DNA from: Antechinus flavipes
Taxonomy: Eukaryota
Reading direction: 5' to 3'
NCBI RefSeq assembly: GCF_016432865.1
Contig: NC_067401.1
Coordinates: 185,566,001-185,630,000, forward strand
Length of the DNA stretch: 64,000 nucleotides
Below, piece by piece: positions 13,010-24,352 of the stretch. The notes below the pieces were generated by a model. That model was not told the DNA's origin and ran no database searches. It was given only the letters and a program-made list of their open reading frames with translations. The translations under genes and the position numbers were made by a program. Numbering within the stretch: the stretch's first letter is position 1; the number at the start of each line of letters is the position of its first letter.

Positions 13010-16000
13010 ATGGCAGGTAAGGGTATCATCTATGGAGGTAATTAGGAATTCCTAGGGCAGAATGGTTACTGGGCAGGGATGGGAGGGATTCTATCAGAGG
13101 GATAAGTGAGGATGGGCAAACCTCCAGTTATCCTTCATTCTTTTATCTCTTAACCTTTGACTTGAAGGTTAGGAATGGGATATCAAGGGAGACATCTCCT
13201 GTGAATGTAGTTGAACCTTCTCTCCGTTCTACCTCCTCCATCTTTGTCTCCAGGTGTTTGTTTAATTGTTTTTTCATTTCTTCCTTCCTCTGTGTGTTTC
13301 CCCTTAGTTCTCTGGGGGAACTTGAAAAAGGCAAGGAGGTCACTCTACTCACTATTTCCCTCTTCCATATCACCTTCCTACAGGTTATTTACCCCCCAAA
13401 GGCTATGCCCCATCACCCCCATACCCAGTGACCCAGTCTACCTCATATTCCAATCCTGCACCTGCCCCAGGCCACATTGTCAACCTCTTCCCTTCCCCTG
13501 GTCCTGTGGCCCCCTTGGAACCAGAACCAGTTACTGTTCCCTTTCTGCAGTTGCCTGGAGTCCCTTCTGGCCTGGAATTCCTTATACAGGTGAGTTAGAA
13601 ATATGGGCGAGGAAAGCTCTGTCATCTGGATCCTAAGTCTTTTTCTCACACACATTATTTCATGTAGTCCTTACACTGTGGTGTGCAATAGGTTAAATCC
13701 AAATATTATACAGGCAAGTTAGAAATATGAGGGAGGAAGGCTCTGTGGTCTTAGTTAGGATCACAGAGAGACTTAGAATCCAGATCCTATTATTTCATGT
13801 AATCCTTACAGTGTGGTGTTCAATAGGTTAAATCCAAATATTATGCCCATATTTTAGCTAAGGAAATAGAGATTGTAGATTGTTACTTGGGTGGGATGGA
13901 ATAGTGATACAAAATGAATTATTTGTATATATATATAAAATTATAGTCCTTGGCTTCAAGGAGTTTATACTCTGATAAAGGAGATAAGACCATGCATAAT
14001 GTAAGTGACATGAGAGGTATAAAGTTCTAGAGAATAAGAAGGAGAAAAACTTACTTTTGAAAGGAGATTGTGGTAGTAATGAATCAGAAAAGAGTTCTGG
14101 GAAGAAGAACTAGAGTCTTAAAGGATGATAGAATTTGCATAAGTTGGGGAGGAAGAACTAAAAAGGCATGAAAGAGAAAGTAGTAGGGAATATAGCTGGA
14201 AATTTAGGCTTTCTTTCTAGCTCTATGGGGTAGCAGATAAGTATGTTTGTATATGTCTCTCTTTCTAGATTGATCAGATCCTGATTCATCAGAAGATTGA
14301 GCGGGTGAAGGGTAAGTGGGGTATGATTGTACCCAGATATAGAAAATGATAGATTAGAGAATGGTTGAAGTAGGAGCTGGGAAAGGAAATTTCACGGCTA
14401 GAAATTAGTAGGATAAAAAAATGAGGAGAGCCTGCATCTTCTTCTCGAAGTCATTTTATCAGTTCCCTGTAGGTTCACCTATCATTTTTAGGCCAATTAC
14501 TCCCAGATACACATATATCTATAGTCCTAGAATCCCTCAGTTGCATTCTTTCCTAATAGACAATTGGACATTTTCTTAAAAAATTTTTTTTTTGTTGTTA
14601 TCTTTTGTTTTTACATCACTGTCATTTTACAATGCTTTTTTTTTTTCTCATTTCTTCCCCTCAGTGATGAATCCCTAATAACAAAGAATAAAAAAGAAAG
14701 GAAAAAAGTTGTAGTTCAGCAAAACTAAGCAACATAGAGATCAAGTCCAACGTTGTTGGCATCATTCCACACTCCTCACTTCTAAAAAGACAGGAAATTA
14801 TATTATGTATATTTCAATGTAATATTCAGTTTCAATTTATTTTATCCACTTACATTGTTTAAGTATTCATGTATACTGTTTTTTTGGTTTTGCTTATCTC
14901 ATTGTATGTGTATTGATCTTACTCTTCTTATGATTCTCTGTATTTTTCACAATGATTATTTCTTGTATCAGAGTAATATTCCATTGTTCTTATACCCCAC
15001 ACGGCACATTGCCAATCTGATATCTCATGGGCATTTTAAGGTTAGCAATTATCAAACAGAGTTCATTATCTGTTCTCTGCCCCAACCTCCATTCTTTCTG
15101 ATATCCTTATTTTTGCTGAAGGTACCACTCTTATAAACAAAGCTTCAGAGGTGTCCTTTTCTTTCTTTCTTACTCTTTGTATGCAAATCAGTTGCCAAAT
15201 CTTGTTCATTCTACCTTTCCCACACTTCTCCCATCTGTCTCATCACATCTGGCCTGAACTACCACAAGAATCTCTAATCAGTCTCTTTGCATCATTTCTC
15301 CTCACCCAATCTACAATTCTGCCAAAAGTTTGACCTTGTTATTCCTCTGTTCAGAAGTTCCAGTAGCTCTTAATTGCTCCTTAGATAATTGTCATTTAAA
15401 GCCCTTTACATTCTGACTTCAGTCTCTCTTTCCTGGATTATTTCATTTTATTCCTCTTCACAAACTCTATTCCAACAAATTGGCTTGCTTTCTGTTACCT
15501 CATAGACAGCATTACATCTTCTGTCTCATTGCCTTTGCTAGAATTTCCCCCTTACTCACCTTTAGCTTATAGAATCCCTAAATTCCTTCCATGTTAAGCT
15601 CAATCTTGTACAAAAAACCTGCTTGACTTGTTCTTTCCTCATCATCAGATATTTCTTTGCTTATATTTGGTACTTTTTTTCATATTGTTTCTTCACAACT
15701 CCCAATAGATTGCTATTCCCAGAGGGCAGGAACAATTTAATTTTTGTCCTTGTTTCATAATCAGCATAATGTCTAGTAAATAGTAAATTCTTAGTAAAGG
15801 CTTATTGAATGAGTGAATGGATGCCTGGAAGTAACCTCAGAAATTTAGTGCTAATTTCCCTGTATTTTCTTCTCCCCATTGCCATCTTGCTTCTTGCTCT
15901 TAGCATTTTTTGGCTGGGATATCTGTAACCGATATGAGCTACATTCTGGAGCAGGGATACTACTGGGCCAAGCAGTTGAGGAAAGCAGCTGCTGTGCCCG

Positions 16001-18436
16001 TCTCTGCTGTGGGGCTCGCCGGCCCATGCGTATCCGTGTGGCTGATCCCAGGAATCGGGAGGTCCTGCACTTAATCCGACCTCTGCATTGTGGGTCCTGC
16101 TGCTGTCCCTGTTGCCTTCAGGAGGTGGGCCTGGATGTCTGAGACTTGAGGAGAACTAGGGTTTGTGGACTACTTAGAGGTAGAATCCAAAAGAGTGATG
16201 GGGAAAATAATTGGAATCTGGGAGACAGAAGTCTAGAACTAGCGATGTTGAGACTTGGGGGAACTAGATTGAGAGACTGAGAGGTCTTAAATCTGATAGT
16301 CTTCTTCTACCATGGGTACAGACCCACAAAGAAACTGGGGCCTGGATTGGGGACTGGAAAGCTTGAAACCTGTTGTGATTCTGTCTTCTCATGGCCTTAG
16401 CTGGAAGTACAAGCTCCCCCTGGCACAACTGTTGGGCATGTACTACAGACTTGGCATCCCTTCCTGCCCAAGTTCTCAATTCAGGATGCAGATCGCCAGA
16501 CACTGCTTCGAGTTGTGGGGCCATGCTGTGCCTGTGGTTGTGGCAATGACACCAACTTTGAGGTAGGGATTAAGAGGCAAGAATTATGACAACGGAATTC
16601 AGAGAACCAGTGAAAACTCTGGAATTTAATATTGTATACCACATAAAACAGGCTTGTTACCTTCCATAAACAGAGAAGTACTCAACAGTCTAACATACTT
16701 ATCTTGATGATCTAAAATGGTCATTCCTAGAAAGCAAGATGGCCAGTTCTAAGATCTCTAATACCAACATCAAAATCCAATATGGTTGCCACTATGATAA
16801 AGATATTTTCCTTCATAAGACGGTAATCCCTATAGTCTAATGCAATGGCTATTTCTGTGATGCCAGATTGTGACCTGCTGTAACATGCCAATACTTGTCA
16901 AAGTAGCTACTTTCTTGGTAATGATGTTTTAATGAACTTTGGAAGGAGAACTTATAGTTTTTACTGTCTTTTTAGAGAAGATTTTTATTACAATAATACT
17001 GTTTTAGCATTCCATTGGTTATCCAATAATTGCCAGGAAGAAAAACCACTTTGCAGTACTCAAGCTCATAAGCATTGGCATTCAATTGATTTCATAAGAA
17101 AGTCAATTTAGTAGTCTGCAATGACCCTAATAGGCCACCTAGTCCAACCTTTTCATTTTACAGGTAAGACTGATGAGATTCATAAAAGTGTTTAATCCTT
17201 CCCCTTTTTTAAAAAAAAAAAAAAAAAAAAAAAGTACTCATCACCAAAATCACAAGATTTGGAAAAAGAATTTTGGTCTGTATCTAATCTAACCCCTTCA
17301 CTTTAAGATTAAAAAGCTGATGCCAGAGTATCAATAACTAATAACTATTCAGTCACTAAATAGTTAAAAATTAATTACTTTAACTTGTGCAAGATCACAT
17401 AGATAGTATGTAGCAAAATTGAGATTCAAACTCAGATTCTGTCAATACAAAGATATTAGCTGAAATAGCTGCTCTCAGCTTATATTTAATGATGAGATAT
17501 AATGTATACCAAAAATAAGTGTGATACAGAATAACATATTATGGAACCAGAGTTAGATTTCTAGATAAAGTATTTTAGAAAATGTTTAAGGAGGAAAAGA
17601 AAGTGGGAAGAGTGGGGCTTGAAATGGCAAAGACTATAGTCAAGCTGAAATGTGACTGTGTTCACCATTATCTCCAAACAGAAGAATTTTCAGGGACTCT
17701 AAGAATCAGTTCAAAAGCAGTAGCTTTGGGATAAATAAAAGAGCTTCTTTGCAACACCATATCTATGCTGTAAATGAAAGTAATTAATTACTCCAAAGAA
17801 GTATGAAAATATTTGAGGGGTTTAGATCAGTTTATAAATAATAGTTCCATAAGTTTAAGATTGTCCAAAATCTTTTTTTTGTTTTGTTTTGTTTTTTGGC
17901 AATTCATTGTGGACCTGTCAGTGTTCTAGCCAGGGGACAAGAGGGGGTAGATTTCTCATATAGCAAATATTCTTTTTCATGCTTCATGGCTCATCACTTC
18001 CCTCCTGGTCATCAGGTGAAGACCAAGGATGAATCTCGGAGTGTGGGTCGGATCAGTAAACAGTGGGGAGGCATTGTGCCAGAGGCCCTCACTGATGCAG
18101 ACCAGTTTGGCCTCCAGTTCCCCCTGGACCTTGATGTTCGATTGAAGGCTGTGCTGCTGGGGGCAGCCTTTCTCATTGTGAGTGCTCATATCCTATGTTC
18201 TCTCTCATCTCTTTTGGGGTGTCTTGTTTTTTTCAAGGGTATGGGATTTAGGGTGGATTATGTGAGAAAAGAAATGGGCAAATGGAGAGGGACAATCCTT
18301 TGGGAAAACATGGATGGGGATCATTCTATGTTAGGATTCCTCTTATTGGTTCCCTATTGGCTCCCCCTCCCAGGATTACATGTTTTTTGAGAAGCCAGGA
18401 GATGCCAATTCGGGGCCCTCAGTCATCACCAGTTAG
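13010..18436 (+). CDS. PLSCR3: Phospholipid scramblase 3, 287 aa; join(13010..13016,13384..13589,14269..14311,15904..16124,16401..16562,18016..18177,18374..18436)
   Basis: [17 protein letters not shown]...[16 protein letters not shown]/...[12 protein letters not shown]...[16 protein letters not shown]...[24 protein letters not shown]...FPLDLDV/DYMFFEK...ITS*; all introns GT-AG with consistent phases; 864 nt. Confidence 0.97.
13582..13845 (+). repeat. Diverged tandem duplication (period about 124-135 bp) at the start of the PLSCR3 intron following 13589
   Basis: gttagaaatatg..gagga..gctctgt and attatttcatgta.tccttaca.tgtggtgt.caataggttaaatccaaatattat each occur twice. Confidence 0.85.
14570..15040 (-). 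mobile_element. Old L1 3' end fragment
   Basis: T-rich marsupial L1 3' UTR-like sequence. Confidence 0.55.
15040..15820 (+). mobile_element. LINE2 3' fragment
   Basis: L2-like text ending ...ttattgaatgagtgaatgg. Confidence 0.65.
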
Positions 18437-21400
18437 AGATGCCCATGTAATCAAAGATAGATATCCTGGCCACAGCATTCCAAGACATCTGCCACTACCC
18501 TGGCCTGGCCCCAGGATCAAAGATGGCCGCTACCATTCTTCAAGATGATGGTGCCTTGAGGAGACAAATCTAGGAGTGGAGGCTAGGGCTTGGGCACCCC
18601 AAAGAAACTTTGAAAGCCTTCATTATGAAGAATGAGGCTCTGTTTTCTACAAGGAGTGGGGACGAACAAATGTTGCATGTGCTGAATGCTAAGAGTTTTT
18701 GTTTAAGATCTCATCCTCTTTTGGCTCTTTCAACACAACCCCAAATTCCCAATGATGGCTATTACTACTTCTCATTGGTATCTTATTCCATAAAGGTTCC
18801 ACCATTCTCACTCCTCTTTTCCTGATATTTCTCTCTTTTTCTATCCCTTATTCTCCTATCTCCAGGCACTAGCTATCTTCCCCTTCTCCTTATTTACATT
18901 GTTGTTTCTACTTCTGCTTCTAATCTAACCCCATCCTATATCCCAGCATCATAATATCAAAAGGAAAAATAGATGTAAGGAGTTGGGGGATTTTATTATA
19001 TCTGCCACTCCCCCTCAAAAATCCTAGAATCATAAACCTTTTTAATTCTTCCTTTTATAAATGAGGAAGCTGAGGCCATGTAAAAGTAAATTGACCAAAG
19101 TCACACAGTGAATTGGTGTTAGGGGGCAGGGATCAATTCCAAATTTTCTGGCTCTCATGATGGTGTTTCTCCCTTCCTCTTTCCCCTCCCTCCCCATTTT
19201 ATGACATACCTTTTCTTCCTTGGCTAAATGAAACCCAAGCCCTGGAACCTTTTTTAGACCCATGGCACTTAAAGAGGAGGTTAGAAAACTCTCCACACAT
19301 ACCTCTTTGGGGACTGAGTCCCAGTACTTGACTGTCAGGTCCCCAAATACTACTTCTCCTGCCCTTTCCCTAGCTGATTCTTATTGAAGCTTTTCTTATG
19401 CTTTATTTAACATTTTTCCAACTCCCTCTGCCTGGATACCAAGGAAGATATTTCTTTGTATGGTGTGTTTACATATATTGTATGTACATATAAGTAGACA
19501 TACACACATATATGTATATATATTAAAAGCTTTCTAACTTTTTGGAAATTAGAAGATTCATATGTGGGATTGGAGAGGGGGCTTGGTATGGAAACAAAGG
19601 AAAATTGAAGATAAGCTCCTGTTTTAAATTGGTCAAAATCTCATTTGGTCTATATTCTGCCAAGGTCAGAGAGAGTTGCTTCCCAACATTACTTTTAGCC
19701 AAGACAACTATGACCATGTTCACACCAAGTCTCAAGAGAAATCTTCCGTGATCCAAAGTTAGAAGACTATGCCCACATAAAATAAAGGTATTTACAACTA
19801 CCCTTTTTGACCCCTGCCTATAAGCCAAGATGCCTTCTCTCATGATCCAGTTGAAGATGACAGCACCAAAAGCTTCTTGAATTGAATGATCTCTAGTGTT
19901 CCACATATTTCAGTAGGTATGCCACATATTTCAGTTTGAATTTTACAGTAGGGTAGGGGAAACAAGGCTCCTGTGGATGGAGTATGCTAAAGCATCAAGT
20001 TCTTGCTTCTTAGGTAGGGGTTGTTGCAAACTAAGCAGAGCCAAATGAATGTGCCTTAGTCTTAGAATTTAGAGGTTTTTAAAAAAGAAGAATTTAGAGA
20101 TAGAAGAAGTCTTTGAGCTTCTATTGTTTCAAAAATGAGGAGTGAAAGTGAAAAGTGAAGTGAAGACTTATAAGAAATCAAATAGTTAACAGCAAATCTG
20201 GGATTTCAACCCAAATCTTCTGATTCCCAATCTTGTGCACTTCCTATTTTTGCATATCTTATACTTGCCATTCTCAGGCAGGTTCTAGGGTACCAAGTCT
20301 GCTCCCTTAAATAACAATCTATCCTGGATTGCAGTAAGAGAGGAAAGAAAAAGGTCAACTCAGTATCATTAACATTATTAGTTCCAAGTGAAGCTCCCTT
20401 CCTATGGGGAGGTTTCTGGTGTGTCATACTTCATCAAAGCTGGAAAATGACGATGAAGATTTCATCCTCTGACAGCAGTCCTGACCTAGTGGCTCAAGGT
20501 ACAGAGAGGTTCCATTGATAACATTCTAGGATTTGCCAGCAGTTTACCCCTAGAGCAGCTGCTCAGATGAAAGAAAAGTTAAAACCTACAAAGGACTTAA
20601 GAGTTGGAGGGATGGGGAGCTGGATCTCTCCAGAGAGTGGAGGGCAGGAAAGAGAATCAGAGGTATGCCTCAGGGGCCTTCAGTTTCAGGAAGAAGAAAG
20701 GTCAGAGAGAGAATGAAGGACTTAAGTGAACAGAAACAATGAAAACTTGGATAACTTCCCTGATTTCTGAGAAGAATCTTGGAGGATAGAGAAAGGCTGA
20801 AGTCTCAGATTCCTGGGGGTTTGGGAGCTGATAGAGACTGGTGTAGTTCTGATTGTGGGCCAGACTTTATCTTCAGGGTTCTAGAGAGCAGAAGTCATAT
20901 TACCTGTCACTCTGAATGTATAGCTGCATTTACAAGCAATGAAAACATCGGATGTTTCTCCCCTGGCAGACTCATATGCTATATGTTGTCCTCTTTGCCC
21001 ATCATTGCTACCTCAAATTTTTTTTACCTCTGGGACCCAAATCAGGGCAAAGTCTCACATGGACTACAAGTACTTTTGTCTGGTCTCCTTGTGTCTCCTA
21101 CAAGCTAACCAGATATAAGGGGAAGGAGAAGGGAGGGAGGGGAAAGGGACAGTGAGAGAAAGTGTGCTCTTACTAGCTCAAGAATCTGTTGTTAAATTTT
21201 CAATGTGAGCTTTACATCTTAGAAATCAGGAGATGTTATAAACCAAGACTTGACTTATTGTTTTCTTGATTTTCTATATATAAGAAAGCGATGGAAAAAT
21301 GTTAATATGCAGATTAGATTTAAATATGTTATGCACACATTTTTGGAGGACTAATTAAATGTTTACTAACACACCCATGGGTCTGAGTCTCACTGGGGGT

Positions 21401-21479
21401 CCGGTTAGGCTGGAACTTTAGAGAAGGTGCAGAGAGGTAAGAAGGAAAGGATCTGTATTATTATTATTATTATTATATT

Positions 21480-21680
21480 TAACATTTATGTATCAGCATA
21501 AGGTTTGCAAAGCCCATTACATATGTGAAGGATTGTTTGATTTTCACAACCTATAAGATAGATGGCTATCATCCCGTTTTTACAGATGAAAAAACAGAAC
21601 AAGAAAGATTATATGACTTGCCCAACATTACATAAATAGTAAATGTTTGAGGCAGGATTTGAACACAAGATTTTTTTCAT
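21480..21680 (-). mobile_element. MIR-type SINE inside the TNK1 remnant
   Basis: atcccgtttttacagatgaaaaaacaga...tgacttgcccaa..taca...ggatttgaacac. Confidence 0.75.
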
Positions 21681-24232
21681 TGCATCACTCAGCTGCAGTA
21701 ATGTACAGCAATAGAATGTTGGATTTTTGAAGGGTTGGAGCCATTTCCTGAGGATTGAGTACCCAGAAAGAGGGCAAGACCAAAATTCTTGTAGACATCT
21801 AGAAAGGAGAGTAGAGAATTTAGTGTGACCCGAGTACCTGGTTTCCCAGACCTTTTTAAAGACTCCAGGAGCACTATCAAACCATCCCCAGATCCTTTTC
21901 CCCTTTGGGATTGCAGAATTCCAGACTTCCAGCAGCTACAACCTTATTTTTCACTTTCAATTGATCTCCCTTGGATCTGAACTGAGTCTTGAAACTTTTC
22001 TTTGCATCTAATAAAGAGGATAAGATGTGGGGGAGAGAGGGAAGAAAGGAGAAAATGGGAATTTGGGATGGAAGAGACGGAGAAGGCAAAATAGAAGAGA
22101 GAAGTAGAGAAAGAATGTATGATGGAAAAGAAGGGAAATGGAGGGAAGAGAATAGCAAAATGAGGAAACGAGATGGGGAAGTTTTTTTCAGGAACTGGGA
22201 TTGATCTCTTGAAGGATGCCCTCCAGATGTAGGAAATTTGATCAGTCAGAAGGATAAAGAATCCAATAGCTAGAGCAACAGCATGATAGTCATGAGAGTA
22301 GAGGGGAGGCTGAAAGATTTGTGTACCACCATAACCCTGACACTAAATGATCAAATAGGTCTGCACCCTAGCCCACGATTCCTTACCTCCAGAGAACATT
22401 TTTCACATCACTTCAAACATTTATATATTTAAGGTAGAGGAGAAGATTCCTGGAGACTAGCATATCTGGTGGGAGGTAAGGGATAGTGTCTCTAGAGCCC
22501 CATTCATTGCTCCACATAATCCTTGTCAAGTTACCTTTTCCCTCCTTCATTTCTTCCTTTTACTAATCTACTACAAGACCTTTTCCTGTTTTCCAGGTTT
22601 CTGACTTCTCTCCATCTCACCACTATCCAAAGGGGAATCCCATGGTGATTCCCACCATGATGTAACAACTCTTAGTCCAAAGTCCACCAGCCTAATAGTT
22701 TGTAGGGAGAGAAGAGGAACAAGTTTTGAGTATCCAGATCATCATAACACTACTTCCCAGCCCTATGATGTAGGTTCTGGTCCCTGCCTTTTGGGACAGG
22801 AACAGAAAAAAGGGAGACATAGAAATTAGGATGTTGGGAGCTGAGGGAACAAGCCAAGAGTACAGGCAGCCCAGTGGAATCGATTTTATCCTCTACAGGA
22901 GACAAGGGAAATAAGAAGCCTTCATAATGCCATTCTTCCTTTCCTTCCCTGGAAATTCTTCCTAGCCTTAACTTCCTGACTTCTTGCAACAGCATTTCAA
23001 GAAGCATTTCATTCTCTTCCTGACAAACCATTCTTTAGAGTCCCAAGGAGCTGGGGGGTTATCAGAAATCTACCTTAGCATTTAGAGAAGGGATCCTTCA
23101 TGGGGTCATGAAGTTTAGGCACATGAAATCTTATGACATACGCCCAAGGAATGTGCCTTTGGACCCTCTTGAACTATCCTGAAAAGACTTCATTGGCACT
23201 GGGACATAAGCACAGAGTAGAGAGTTGACGAGAAAAACAGTAGATTTTAGGGTTTGGAGACTAGAAAGGAAGTGGACTCCATTCAGGAAGGCAGCTGGGA
23301 GGTTAGGAATGAATGAAGCTTTATTTTGCAGGGCATCATTTAGAGCTCCAAGTTACTTAAACTGTATCTAACTTGACCCTATCATTTTATACCTGAAGTA
23401 ACTCAAGCGCAGAGAGGAAATGACTGGCTCAAAGTCACAGTGGGAAAATTTGAATCCAAGTTGTCTGGCAGCATCCTGGGTAAATAGAAGAACTTGAAAA
23501 GAAGTACAGTGAGAATAAAGAGGCTCAGAAACAGCTGGGAAGGAAAGTGTCTAGAAATTCTACCATCACGACCCTCATGTGCAGTCCCGAGTTCTTGGTG
23601 AACCTTACCAGAATAGTCTGCTCCTTCCCCAGTACATAATTGGAATCAGCTACTTGAGAGATACCTCTTACTCTAATATCCGAGAAGGAAAATTTTGGGG
23701 AGGGGAATGAATAAATATTTCTTTGGCTCAGAGGCCTCATTATCTATGACCTAAAAACATTATGAAAGCCTTGGAAACACCCCGTAGGATAACCCATGCA
23801 TTGATTCACTCTACTTTTGATCTCCTGAAACATTGCATTTCCCTACCTTGGAGTCCCATTCTTAGGTTTGAACATTGACCAATGTCTTGTTAAGGTTTCA
23901 TTCAACAGTGGGGCAAGAATATAAAGGGATAGTCAGCAGAGATTCTGGATTTGGGGGATGAAAAGGATTTAAGGTTAGAAATATAATCCAGGGCTAGAAG
24001 AGACTTTAGAGATCATCTAATGGAAACAGGTTGAGAGGAATTATGCAATGTATCTAAGGTCACACTAGCAGTTAAATGAGAGAGTCAGATTTAAACTTTA
24101 ACTCACTATGTCCAAGTCTAACACTCTTTTCACCGATGGAATATTAAGGGAATAGAATTTGGAAAAAGGAGGTATTTAGATGTCCCAGGGTGGTGTGGAG
24201 TGCATCAAACTGAGATCTAAAAGGGTTTAGAG

Positions 24233-24352
24233 GGGCAGCTAGGTGGCACAGTGGATAGAGCACCAGCCTTGAAGTCAGGAGGACCTTAGTTCAAATCTGA
24301 TCTCAGACACACTTCCTAGCTATATGATCTTGGACAAGTCATTTAACACCTC
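24233..24352 (+). mobile_element. tRNA-derived CORE-SINE (WSINE1/SINE1-like)
   Basis: gggcagctaggtggcacagtggatagagcacc...agttcaaatc...ggacaagtcatttaac. Confidence 0.85.

Noticed and set aside
17884-18390. 168-aa ORF containing scramblase sequence
   Set aside because: It is the PLSCR3 exon 18016-18177 plus in-frame intron read-through, not a separate gene.
22430-22470. Apparent HRDLxxRNLLL-like peptide (DMLVSRNLLL) on the - strand
   Set aside because: It lies downstream of the DFG exon, the wrong order; another frame aligns better to CAPESL-HGAFSSASDVW, and the true catalytic loop is at 22746-22715.
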